64,000 nucleotides of DNA from a virus: positions 5,146 through 69,145 of the IMG/VR virus record IMGVR_UViG_3300026116_000005. One strand, given 5' to 3'. Below the pieces are notes generated by a model. It saw only the letters and a program-made list of their open reading frames with translations, made no database searches and had not been told where the DNA came from. The position numbers and the translations under genes were made by a program. Position 1 is the first letter of the stretch; the number at the start of each line of letters is the position of its first letter. Below are positions 28,175-37,704 of this stretch, one piece after another.

Positions 28175-31100
28175 TTAGTTCTTGCCAAGCGAATGCAATT
28201 GATGGGGCTTTGCGCTCTTGGGCAGTCCAGCGCCTAATCCTTTGCCGCCCAAGATTTTTGTCTTACCCTCTTCCGCTCCAGGTCCAAACCAGTTGTAAAG
28301 GAATGGGCCGATAAATGGGGTCGCTCGCAGCGTCTTTGCCTGAAGCGGATCATCGGCGATCTTATCGAGATGGAGCACGTCATCGGCCACGCCAAACGCG
28401 TTGCCAAGGCTTGGCGAGATCATGTCTGTCGCGGCGCGACCAAGGCCCTCGCGGTAGGCGTTGTAAAGCTGATACCGGCTGATTCCGCCGAGCTTAAGCA
28501 GGTTGGAAAGAACGTAGTCTGGCGGGTTAATTTCGCGCCCCAGCATCAAATCTTTCACGAGATCGGTGGTCGCACCGGCCATGGTGAGAAAAAGCCCGAA
28601 ACGCACCATATTGCCCACGCCTCGCGCCGTGTTCCCGGCCTTGATCTCTTGGAAGACTTCTCGGCGGAAGAGATCGAGCTGCTTAATTTGGAAGGTGCGC
28701 ATCTGATAGAAGATGCGCCCATTTGGATTTTGAAGATACTTAAGCGGCATCTCCGAGAGCGTGACCGGGTGAACGTCACAGACACGCGAGAAGACGGCCA
28801 TCTTCACATTTTCCGAGACCTTGCCTTGCTGGAGGTCTTTAACAAATTCCGGGAATTGGCTGCCATAGATCGGCTCATACCTTTCTTGGAAGCGTTTGAA
28901 CCGCGCTGAAGTTGTATCCGCAACAGCCTTACGCATGTCGAATAGCGCAGCATTGAGAATGTTATTTTTCCCGAGGGTATCGACCTTTTGAAATCCAGAG
29001 ACTTCGAACGCCTTGTTCACGAAGTTCGCTACGCCGGATCGGCTCTGGAGTTCGTGGGCGATATTATTTGTTCCGAAATCTGCCATCGTAATCTCGCGCT
29101 TCTTAAAGATCGCCGAGATCGAGTTGAACGTACCGTTCATCATTGCGGACTGCGCGAAGTTGATGAACTGAGTCGTTGCGGAAACTGGATTAGCGAGGAT
29201 CGCAGTGAAGTTCAGGTCTTTGACGCGCTGGAGATTTTTATCGCCCGACTGTTCGCCAACACCAAAGCGGTCCGAAATATATTTCTGGAGCGTGTCCTCC
29301 ATAGGCCCCGTGATTTTATTTTCGTCGCGGAGCCGCGAGACGATTGCGCCAATCGAGTTGGCGACGGTTTCCGGGTGCTTCCCGAAGAGGCTGCGCTTTT
29401 CGACATTACTGACGACGCGGTTGACGTAATCGACCGCCGACTTTTTATAGTCTTCATAGAACGGCTCAAGGTCCTTGGTGACGTTTTGGATTTTGCGCTC
29501 TTTGAAGATGCCCGGTTTTGCCGTGATACCGGCGCGGGCTTCATTCTTAATTGCAGCGTTGGCAATAGAAACTTTTTCTTCATCGTTTAATGGACGGCCC
29601 AGCTCTTTCTCGCGCTCTTTAATCACATCTCGGATCGCTCCTTTTTCATCAGCGCCGAGGTACTTTAAGAATTCAGCGAAGCGTTCACGGATGACCTCAC
29701 GCGGCCAGAACTGACTCAGCTCGTTCACGTCCACGCCCGAGCGCACGGCTTTCTCATGAAGCTCTTTAAACACGGCCCGAGCGTCATGGAAACTATCCAG
29801 CGCCGCTTTTGTTCCGGTGGGATCGAGCGCAGCGTGCGCCTTAATGCCGTTCTCCACTTCGTCAAACCGGCCATTGATAAGCGCGTTGCCCATCGCCGAT
29901 TTTTCGTGAGTGGTTAAGAGGCCATCGGTTGCCTTGAAGAAGCCTCCGAGACGTTTTAGATAGGGCTGAGACTCCGTGCGAATGCGCGTTTCATACCGCT
30001 GAAGACGGCCATAAATCTCGGGGTTGATTCGCCTGATCTCGGTACTAACCGGCGCAAGAAAGTCCGCCACAAAGCCGGGCTTTTTATAGTCAGGGCTCTT
30101 GGGGTTTTCAGATTCCACTTGGACTTTACTATCCGGCTTATCGAGTTCCGGCACCGGCTTCTCTTCTGCGGCTTCGCTCAGTCCCTCATCAGCGGCGGCG
30201 TCACCTGTGCGCGGCTGAACCCGGCGGATGTCGTCCTTTGCATTCTGGAATTCTTTCGCAACTCCATCGCGGGCTTTTTGAATTGCATCCTTAACCCCGG
30301 TGAGGCGATGGTACTCCTGCGCGTCCTCAGGACTCCAACGCTCAACTGGCGTGTAATTGTTGCGCTGCTGAAGTGTTCCGATGTCTGTATTCACATCTTC
30401 AATACGAGAATCCAGATTTCGGATACGAGCGTTGTAACGTCCGGCGTCCGGGCCTTGAGTGTCGGTAACAGTAGAGGCCCGACTAAACTCATCGGGAGCG
30501 TTCGCTATTTCCTTTTCCCCTTGCGGGATTTGCCCGCCTTGTTCAGAGCTATTGCTACGGCCTGCTTCTGCGGGTAGTCGTTCTTGATTAACTCCCGGAT
30601 GTTGGCTGAGATCACTTTCGGCGCTCGTCCCTTTTTGAGTGGCATTTGTTTTGGTGGTTTCGGATTCAGCGTCGGGAAGAAGCTTAAGACCGCGAAGAGC
30701 CCCGACAGTATTTTGCCCTTCAGGAATCTTGGAAATATCTGGAACCTTATATCCCGCTCTCTGAATCGCGGCAGGATCGCCACTTGCGAGCACCCGATCA
30801 GAAATTCCTTTTGAGAGCGGGTTGGGAATATCGATTTGGGTGAACTGCTTTGGACCGTTTGGCGTATCATAACGCTGCACGGTGAACTGCGCATCATCAG
30901 GAAGCGGCTGAAGCTTGAGGTCCGCCAACGGGGAGCGCGCAGTGGGCGGCGTGCCAGCGCGACTCTGAAGATAACGGCGAAATTGCTCCTGCTCTGGCAA
31001 GTCATCAGTGAGACGGACGTTTGCGAGAATGTTATTTTGCGGAGGCCCTTCGGTCGTACCTGGTGCAAGCGTGATGTTTTCGCCTTGCCCAATTTGGTTC

Positions 31101-32566
31101 GAGGTGAGCGCATCCTTAAGACTCGATGCTGTGGCCTGCCGATTAAGCTCGTCCCGCGCGGCTTGAAAATCACGGGCGCGAATATCCTCAGGAACAGCGG
31201 TGCGACCTTCGCGCAAATCAGCCGCGAGAGCCAACCCACCAAGGGGAGACTGGCGCAGTGCTGTTTCTCGCGTGGCTTCGTCCGAAAGCGAGATCGCACG
31301 CCGCGTGTCTGGCGTCCCACTTAAAATCGCATCGCGCTGTGGGGCGCGTGCGGACTCAAGCAGGCCTTGAGAGGTTCGGCTGTCGCGTTGCTCATTCGCT
31401 AAATCATCGCTTGTGAGACCTTGAAAATCGCTCTGATTCTTCGCGAGATCATCAGCCGAAATATCGACCTTCATTCCATCGGGAACGGGCGGAGTATCGG
31501 GGACAGAGTAACCAGCCGCCTCCAGTCGATCACGGCCAATCGTGCCGCCTTTTTTAATATCAAGCTCTGGAATATCCGTCGTGGCGCGAAACAATTCTGA
31601 GCGCGCGGGCTGACTGGTCGATGGATCAATATAATTCGTATTGCCCACATAGCTGACCGGGGCAGTGCCAAGGGAGCCGGGCTTTGGCGCTTCGGGAGCT
31701 GGCGCGGCTTCGCGGGGCCGAGCAGCTTCCGCCACATCGCCAAGCACCGCCTTGCCGCCAAGGGTTGCGAGAAAGCCGGAAGCGCCCGCGTCGATCAGCG
31801 CCTCTATATTCTTTTGGGTGTCGCCCTTCCCGCTGATAAGATCGCCCGCCGCCTTGATTGTTTCGGGGGCCTGTCCGGCAAGTTGGCGAACCTGATCCGC
31901 AGTGAATAATCCCTCAACCGAGGCCTTGACGCCATGAGCCAAATCAGCGGCCTCACCACCAGCTTTTGCCACTGCGCCAAGCTCGCCACCAAGGCCGAAG
32001 GTGAGAAGGCTGCCTGGACTGGTGAGTGTGTTTGCCGTGCGTGCGCCGCTGTTAATCGCTGCGGCGGTGAGATTGGGAAAGCGAGACGCGAAGGCTCCGC
32101 CAGCGCCAGGCACGATCAGATTTGAAATGAGCTGAAGCCTTCCGCTGTCGTTCGCACTTGTGTTGTCGGGAATCTTCCAAGGCGTATTATTTTCAAAGGC
32201 CGCTGGAATGAGTCCCTTGGTTTTCGAGGCGTCGGCCTCCGGCAATTCGTTGAGACCTAAAGTCCGTTTGAGAAAGGCGGAGTCGACGCGCTGCTGCTCG
32301 CGCTGGTTTTCAGTTGGCCCGATGATCGGTGACAACCCTTCACGAACAGCAGTGTACGCGCGGGAGAGAAGGCCTGGTGTCGGCGCGGACGAAATTGTCG
32401 GCCCATCATAGTTCGGGCTTCTGGGATCGAGGTGATCGTCTGGTGGCAGGTCGTGAAACGCGTTGCGTGGCTTCTCCGCCTGCTCAGGAGGGAGATCAGC
32501 AAAAGCGTTTTGCTGCGGAGCGGGAGCCGCTACCGTCGCCGGAAGATCATCGAATGCTGTAGCCAT
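28175..32566 (-). CDS. Large internal virion / DNA ejection protein
   Basis: 1463 aa, last gene of the structural block; N-terminal NAFxDLP repeats; helical C-terminal domain. Confidence 0.65.
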   Translation of the reverse strand: MATAFDDLPATVAAPAPQQNAFADLPPEQAEKPRNAFHDLPPDDHLDPRSPNYDGPTISSAPTPGLLSRAYTAVREGLSPIIGPTENQREQQRVDSAFLKRTLGLNELPEADASKTKGLIPAAFENNTPWKIPDNTSANDSGRLQLISNLIVPGAGGAFASRFPNLTAAAINSGARTANTLTSPGSLLTFGLGGELGAVAKAGGEAADLAHGVKASVEGLFTADQVRQLAGQAPETIKAAGDLISGKGDTQKNIEALIDAGASGFLATLGGKAVLGDVAEAARPREAAPAPEAPKPGSLGTAPVSYVGNTNYIDPSTSQPARSELFRATTDIPELDIKKGGTIGRDRLEAAGYSVPDTPPVPDGMKVDISADDLAKNQSDFQGLTSDDLANEQRDSRTSQGLLESARAPQRDAILSGTPDTRRAISLSDEATRETALRQSPLGGLALAADLREGRTAVPEDIRARDFQAARDELNRQATASSLKDALTSNQIGQGENITLAPGTTEGPPQNNILANVRLTDDLPEQEQFRRYLQSRAGTPPTARSPLADLKLQPLPDDAQFTVQRYDTPNGPKQFTQIDIPNPLSKGISDRVLASGDPAAIQRAGYKVPDISKIPEGQNTVGALRGLKLLPDAESETTKTNATQKGTSAESDLSQHPGVNQERLPAEAGRSNSSEQGGQIPQGEKEIANAPDEFSRASTVTDTQGPDAGRYNARIRNLDSRIEDVNTDIGTLQQRNNYTPVERWSPEDAQEYHRLTGVKDAIQKARDGVAKEFQNAKDDIRRVQPRTGDAAADEGLSEAAEEKPVPELDKPDSKVQVESENPKSPDYKKPGFVADFLAPVSTEIRRINPEIYGRLQRYETRIRTESQPYLKRLGGFFKATDGLLTTHEKSAMGNALINGRFDEVENGIKAHAALDPTGTKAALDSFHDARAVFKELHEKAVRSGVDVNELSQFWPREVIRERFAEFLKYLGADEKGAIRDVIKEREKELGRPLNDEEKVSIANAAIKNEARAGITAKPGIFKERKIQNVTKDLEPFYEDYKKSAVDYVNRVVSNVEKRSLFGKHPETVANSIGAIVSRLRDENKITGPMEDTLQKYISDRFGVGEQSGDKNLQRVKDLNFTAILANPVSATTQFINFAQSAMMNGTFNSISAIFKKREITMADFGTNNIAHELQSRSGVANFVNKAFEVSGFQKVDTLGKNNILNAALFDMRKAVADTTSARFKRFQERYEPIYGSQFPEFVKDLQQGKVSENVKMAVFSRVCDVHPVTLSEMPLKYLQNPNGRIFYQMRTFQIKQLDLFRREVFQEIKAGNTARGVGNMVRFGLFLTMAGATTDLVKDLMLGREINPPDYVLSNLLKLGGISRYQLYNAYREGLGRAATDMISPSLGNAFGVADDVLHLDKIADDPLQAKTLRATPFIGPFLYNWFGPGAEEGKTKILGGKGLGAGLPKSAKPHQLHSLGKN

Positions 32567-34074
32567 TATGGATTAAGGTACTGCGCTGGATCGACACCGT
32601 AGGCCTGCTGGAAGTCTTGTGCGAGGCCAGGATTAGCCCGGAGACGAGCAATCGCGGCGGCTGGAATTTGGACCGCAGTGGCCGCACGAGGAACAGGCGC
32701 GGGCGTAGGCGCGGGCGGCGCAATCGAGATCGAGCGAAGGAGCGGAGTGCCATTACCCAAAAGAGAGGTACGAGCAGCGCCGGGACTCCGCAATGCGGCG
32801 GGCGGAGGAGTCGTGCTTCCAGCACCCTGGGGCTGGGTCGTCGGCAAGACGCTGGCATCTGGAGCGCCCGCTCCCAACGTATTCGAAAGTTGGATATACC
32901 GCTGAACGATTGCGTCGCGCTGAGGATTTGGCTCGGGGTGGTGTTGTCCCGGTTTAATATCCCGGAACTTCCATTCATACCCGATAACATTTCCAGCGTC
33001 GTCGGTCTTTTGTTTACGATCAGCCACGTCGCCCACAAACTGAGCAATAGTCTGATTTGGACCAGCCGGTAAATCGCCGAGCTGTGTGATCTCTTCTCGT
33101 AGCGCCTTTGCTTGGGCTTGACGTGCTTGAGCTTGCTCCAAACCAATCTTTGCCTGTCCCTGAACTTCACCAGGAGTCAAGCCTCCGAGACTCGCCTCGG
33201 TTTGCGCACGCGCGGCGGCAGCGACGGTCTGACTATAGTTTTGCAATGCGCGCTGTTTATATTCATCTGGCGCACCAGCGGCGGTTAATTGATCGTTAAG
33301 CGCCTTCGTCGCCTGCAAACCTTTAACCGCTGCGTCCGAAGTAAGTAACTTCGCCTGAAGTTCGTCTTCATTCCATTCGGGGTGCTGCGTAATGAATTGC
33401 TGCCTCTGTGCGGCGAGGTCGTTAGCAACCTGCTGGTTGATCGTGTCAGCCTTGTTTTTGAGGGCTTCGAGCTGTTGCTGACTGATTTCGCCTTGGACCG
33501 CACCAGCCGCCGCAGTGTTCTTTGCCGCTGCGAGGTTAGGGGCCGCACTCGCGGTGATCGCCCCAGCCTGATTATTTGCGTGCTCGGCAAATTGCAGCGT
33601 GGGTAACTCGCCTTCTTTGAAGCCGAGATTCGAGGAGTCGATAGCGAGCCTCTTTCCTTCATTCGCCGCTGCCGGTGCAACGTTAGGGAGGGCCGCAGTA
33701 TCAGTTGCGCCGCGAAGTGTATTGGCAGCGATCCCTGCGCTCGTGGAGCTTGGAAGAAGAGAGAGCTTAGACGCTGTGTCAGCCGCCCGCAGTTGAGTGT
33801 CCTGGGGGAGGAGTTGAAGGTTCGCTAGGCTTTGCGCGCCGGTGAATTGATTCGCAGCGTTAAGCGCGGCGATGCGCGCGGCTTGCGTCTGTTCAACTTG
33901 CTGGCGAGCGAGGGCTTGATCTCGAATCGCGCCCACATCTTTCACCGTGTCGAGGCCCTGATTCACCCCCGTGAGAACACGAGTATAGTCAGGCACCATC
34001 AAGCGCGGATCGAGCCAGTTGATCGTCGGGAGGTTGGTGACTTGAAAGCCACCCGTGTTGATTGGGGAGGGCAT
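32566..34074 (-). CDS. Internal virion / ejection protein
   Basis: Ala/Gln-rich helical protein; C-terminal AI..L.ANP.L..DF...YG; synteny. Confidence 0.6.
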   Translation of the reverse strand: MPSPINTGGFQVTNLPTINWLDPRLMVPDYTRVLTGVNQGLDTVKDVGAIRDQALARQQVEQTQAARIAALNAANQFTGAQSLANLQLLPQDTQLRAADTASKLSLLPSSTSAGIAANTLRGATDTAALPNVAPAAANEGKRLAIDSSNLGFKEGELPTLQFAEHANNQAGAITASAAPNLAAAKNTAAAGAVQGEISQQQLEALKNKADTINQQVANDLAAQRQQFITQHPEWNEDELQAKLLTSDAAVKGLQATKALNDQLTAAGAPDEYKQRALQNYSQTVAAAARAQTEASLGGLTPGEVQGQAKIGLEQAQARQAQAKALREEITQLGDLPAGPNQTIAQFVGDVADRKQKTDDAGNVIGYEWKFRDIKPGQHHPEPNPQRDAIVQRYIQLSNTLGAGAPDASVLPTTQPQGAGSTTPPPAALRSPGAARTSLLGNGTPLLRSISIAPPAPTPAPVPRAATAVQIPAAAIARLRANPGLAQDFQQAYGVDPAQYLNP

Positions 34075-34076
34075 GA

Positions 34077-35177
34077 TTAGGCGTACATATTGATGCCGCT
34101 ACCAGCACCAAGAGAAGACGTGGTTGAAGTTGGAATATAGGTCGCTCCGCCGCCGCTGGTGCCCGCGTAATTCCCGAGATAAGGATTGTTCGAGATATTC
34201 AACGTCGGAAGCGGCTGTGTGTTATAGTTGTAGGCCGTTGGAGTTGTATTCGCCGCCTTCAGGTAATTTGCGCCAGCGCCAATAAGACCGCCCGCCGCCT
34301 GGCCGTAAAGCTGATTGGCTTGGGTCTGTCCTTGCGCCTTGATCGCCGCAGCCTGTTGCGCGCCGCCCGCCGCGAGATTGGAATTTCCGATAGCGATGTT
34401 TGCCGCCGAGCCCGGATCGATGCCGACCGTTGGACCCTGAATCCCCTGAGTGAACTGGCCGACATTGAGCTGGTTTTGAAACTGCTGCTGACCGAGACTA
34501 TTAAGAAGCGAGCTGATGTTGAGCCGGTTCGTTTGGTTCGTCTGGTTGAGCTGATTCTGTAGCTGCTGCTGAGTGCTGTTGATCCCCTGGTCGACCTGAC
34601 CGAGATTCGAAGCATCATTGAGGCGTTGCTGCTCCAGTTGCAGAGAGGTGAGCCCGAGATCGCGAGCCGTCACATCGCGGCCAAGACCGAGCCCAGTGCC
34701 TCCCTGCACCGTACCGGCCTTCGCGAGCGCCGCGCGCGTGACTGAATTTTGCGTGTCGGTATCGAGCTTCCCGCCGAGTGCCAGATTGTTCTGAGCGGTC
34801 TGAATCGCTCCGTTGAGAAGAGCTGAACGCTGGAGGTCTGGCAGCGTTTGCGGCGTGTTAAGGTCCTTGGTGAGGCCCGCGCTCAAAGCTTGCTGCTGCG
34901 CGCTCGGGACAAGGCTGTTAAGCAGCGCCGCCGTGGACGCGGAGCGAAGCTGAGTCACCCCCGGGTTTAGCTGATCTTCGAGCTGTTGCGAAAGGACGGC
35001 GTTTTTAGACGCCATGTCATTCACCTGATCGTTAAGATCACCGATATTAATCTGTGCTTTAGAGGCAGCCTGTTGGGCCGCATTGGCCGCACCTTTTGCG
35101 GCCTGCTTTTGCTGGTTGGCTTCGACGCCTCCAATCACCGCGCCAGCGACGGTTGTTCCAATTGCTACCCATGCCAT
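34077..35177 (-). CDS. Internal virion pilot / ejection protein
   Basis: MAWVAIG..VAGAVIGG start and A/Q/G-rich composition typical of podovirus ejection proteins. Confidence 0.7.
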   Translation of the reverse strand: MAWVAIGTTVAGAVIGGVEANQQKQAAKGAANAAQQAASKAQINIGDLNDQVNDMASKNAVLSQQLEDQLNPGVTQLRSASTAALLNSLVPSAQQQALSAGLTKDLNTPQTLPDLQRSALLNGAIQTAQNNLALGGKLDTDTQNSVTRAALAKAGTVQGGTGLGLGRDVTARDLGLTSLQLEQQRLNDASNLGQVDQGINSTQQQLQNQLNQTNQTNRLNISSLLNSLGQQQFQNQLNVGQFTQGIQGPTVGIDPGSAANIAIGNSNLAAGGAQQAAAIKAQGQTQANQLYGQAAGGLIGAGANYLKAANTTPTAYNYNTQPLPTLNISNNPYLGNYAGTSGGGATYIPTSTTSSLGAGSGINMYA

Positions 35178-35181
35178 AGTT

Positions 35182-35760
35182 TTAGTGAGTTAAAAATTTA
35201 TTGAGTGCTTCGCGGAGGGTGCCGCTTTTATCGTCGGCGAGCGCGATCATTTCTTCATCAGAAAGCCGGAGGCCTGCATTGAAATCGTGGGGCACAATAA
35301 CCTGCTCTTCGATCAGGCTTAAATCTTGGGTGTTGGTTGGATGGATTGTGGTCCAAACCGTGTCTTCTTCAATCAGTAGTAATCGACGCGTGCCCGCCTC
35401 CGTAATCCCTCGGTGGCCAGCCTCAATAATCTGGACCTCTCCATTCGGACTCCAGACGAGGCAACGTCCCTTGGTCACAAAAAACTGATGCTCGGTGCGG
35501 TGAATCTTCGAGGTGATAAGAAGGCCACGGCGCATCGTGATTGTGCGTGTGTAAACCCACTCGCCAAGCCGTAGTCCAGGAGTGAATACATGCTCAAGAG
35601 GGCAATCAACCTGTGGCCTCCGGCATGCCACTTTCTCGATGTCATCAATCCAAGGTGCGTCCGTTTTTTCTCTCACCTCATCGTCACGAAGCGGAGCAAG
35701 CACACGGGCAATCGGGTGCTCCCAAACCTCTAACGAGACATCTTGTTTTTCTTCCATCAA
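35182..35760 (-). CDS. Cupin-like protein
   Basis: EHVFTPG..YTRTI...G...SKIHRTEH...G...TVWTTIH. Confidence 0.65.
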   Translation of the reverse strand: MMEEKQDVSLEVWEHPIARVLAPLRDDEVREKTDAPWIDDIEKVACRRPQVDCPLEHVFTPGLRLGEWVYTRTITMRRGLLITSKIHRTEHQFFVTKGRCLVWSPNGEVQIIEAGHRGITEAGTRRLLLIEEDTVWTTIHPTNTQDLSLIEEQVIVPHDFNAGLRLSDEEMIALADDKSGTLREALNKFLTH

Positions 35761-36728
35761 GAAAGCTGCTGAATCATATATCCACTAAACCGATTTGATC
35801 CGTTGTTAATCACTCGGCCTTGCGCTGTCGTGTCATTCAGGGCTGTGACGTAAACATCGACCTTATCGCCCACATTTAGCACACACTGAATCGTGTGATG
35901 ATAGGTGCGCTGATTTCCGTCGTTTAATCCTGGACCATTATTATAGATCGCAAGCCCTCCGTGGATTCCGCCATTAACGCGAAATCCAATATAATACCCG
36001 GTATCGTTAAACGTTCCTGATGTAAGTTCCATCGCGAGCGTAACCTCAAACTCGTAAACGCCGTGAGCCTTCGCGAGGTATTGATTCGCACTAAACGCCG
36101 ACCCGGTGTCGTAATCGGTGGCATCCCAAGTGACCTGGAAGTTTCCACCGAGCGCAACGGCAGCGAAAAGCTGATCGCCGGTTTTGATTGCGGTGAAAGC
36201 AGTCCGGTCAGCCGTTAGACCGCCGCCTGTCGAAATGCCGTCGATGGCCGCAGCAATCGCTGCATTCACATCGGTCGTTTTTGCGTAGTCCGCAAGACTT
36301 GGAATCCCGGCGGTGACAGCGGCGAACTGATCTTCGTAAACATCGTGCCATGCCCCATCATAATAAATTTCAACAGCGGTCGCCTTGCCCGATCCATTAA
36401 GCTTAAACCAAACATCGTATTTCGTGTTGTCTGGAGTGTCCGCAGAAAGAATGTACCTAAGGCTAAGAGGATCGAGCGCCATCGGCACGTATCGGCCAGT
36501 GATATAATCAAACGCCTTCCACATGCCCACGGTCGAAGACGTGTCCATCCACGGACCAATATCGGACGAAGGCTCGGAAGCCCCGCGCTGGAAAAGTGCA
36601 AATTGCTGCGCAGCCAAAATCTCAAGCCCTTCGGCAATTGCGTCGGCAAGCTCCTGCGGCGTCCCCTGAAAATTATTTGGGAGCGACGTAAAGCGAATGT
36701 AGAGAGGGAGTGCGTTTGTATCAGCCAT
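35757..36728 (-). CDS. Tail fibre/spike with C1q-like C-terminal domain
   Basis: AFTA...VTWD..DYD.G..F....Y.A...GVYEF...LNVGDKVDVY...FSGY. Confidence 0.6.
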   Translation of the reverse strand: MADTNALPLYIRFTSLPNNFQGTPQELADAIAEGLEILAAQQFALFQRGASEPSSDIGPWMDTSSTVGMWKAFDYITGRYVPMALDPLSLRYILSADTPDNTKYDVWFKLNGSGKATAVEIYYDGAWHDVYEDQFAAVTAGIPSLADYAKTTDVNAAIAAAIDGISTGGGLTADRTAFTAIKTGDQLFAAVALGGNFQVTWDATDYDTGSAFSANQYLAKAHGVYEFEVTLAMELTSGTFNDTGYYIGFRVNGGIHGGLAIYNNGPGLNDGNQRTYHHTIQCVLNVGDKVDVYVTALNDTTAQGRVINNGSNRFSGYMIQQLS

Positions 36729-37704
36729 GTGGAAGCTCCGGCGAAAGCGGCGTTATATGTTGGGCGTGGTTGCGAACTTGAGCGACGCGGTAGTCAGAAA
36801 CTCGGTATCCGTGCGGCGTGCCGTTAGCCCTCCACTCAATTGTGGTGGCTGGAGCGATGGGGCTACTAAGCGGGAAAACCGGAAATCCATTATCATCCAA
36901 TGGAATTAGGAAATACGTTGTGTCTGGGCCGCTATTGGGAGGCTGAATGTCGGTCGAAACATCGGGGTCTCCTCCTTCTATGAGGTCCACAGGCATCTCG
37001 ATAGTCTTCTCCCCTCCCATGCCATCAGGAACATTATATATAACGGTCGCGAAGAACTGCTGCGCCAAAGCCGAATTTAAACCGAAGGTGTTTGCAACAG
37101 GGCGCTGGCCGATAGGGAGGCTAAGATCGAGATCGCCATACCCAACTTCGTCACCAGGATGATAAGGCGTTCCATTCCCCTCGTCACCAACATAGGTATC
37201 GTCAAATCCAGCGAAGTACCTGCGCTGATCGGGGCCGGTGATATTCCAAAAGTAAAATCTCGATTTGGGAGCGACGCCGCCAATAAGAGTGTTCCACCCC
37301 GCCACACCGAGAGAATCGAGCGAGTATTTATGAACGAATACCGTCACGTCATCACTGATAATTCCTTCGCTACTATTGAAGGTCATTCGAAAAACAAATG
37401 GCCCCATATAGTGATTGAAATGAACTGTCGGAGTAAGGGTATCAGCGTCATCAATCGTGACCGAAGCAGGCCCCGAGATCATAGTCCAAGAGATGATGCC
37501 TTGATTTGAGCTATCAACAGTTCCTCTCGTGACATGCCCGTTTAATTGCAGTGGGCTATCCGTGCCAAATCCGTTCGGCATAAACAAGAGGTCGGGTCCG
37601 GCATCGATTTCAAAGCCAACGCAGCACGCTCCAGCAGGCGCGACGTAATTCATCTCGAAGAACCGAGGCGAAAAAGGAGAGAGCGATTTAAATGGCGTCG
37701 TCAT
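36721..37704 (-). CDS. Virion protein with one PKD/K319L-like Ig domain
   Basis: IDAGPD...WTMISGP..V.I.D...LTPTV.F; ATGA-coupled start at 37704. Confidence 0.55.
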   Translation of the reverse strand: MTTPFKSLSPFSPRFFEMNYVAPAGACCVGFEIDAGPDLLFMPNGFGTDSPLQLNGHVTRGTVDSSNQGIISWTMISGPASVTIDDADTLTPTVHFNHYMGPFVFRMTFNSSEGIISDDVTVFVHKYSLDSLGVAGWNTLIGGVAPKSRFYFWNITGPDQRRYFAGFDDTYVGDEGNGTPYHPGDEVGYGDLDLSLPIGQRPVANTFGLNSALAQQFFATVIYNVPDGMGGEKTIEMPVDLIEGGDPDVSTDIQPPNSGPDTTYFLIPLDDNGFPVFPLSSPIAPATTIEWRANGTPHGYRVSDYRVAQVRNHAQHITPLSPELPHG

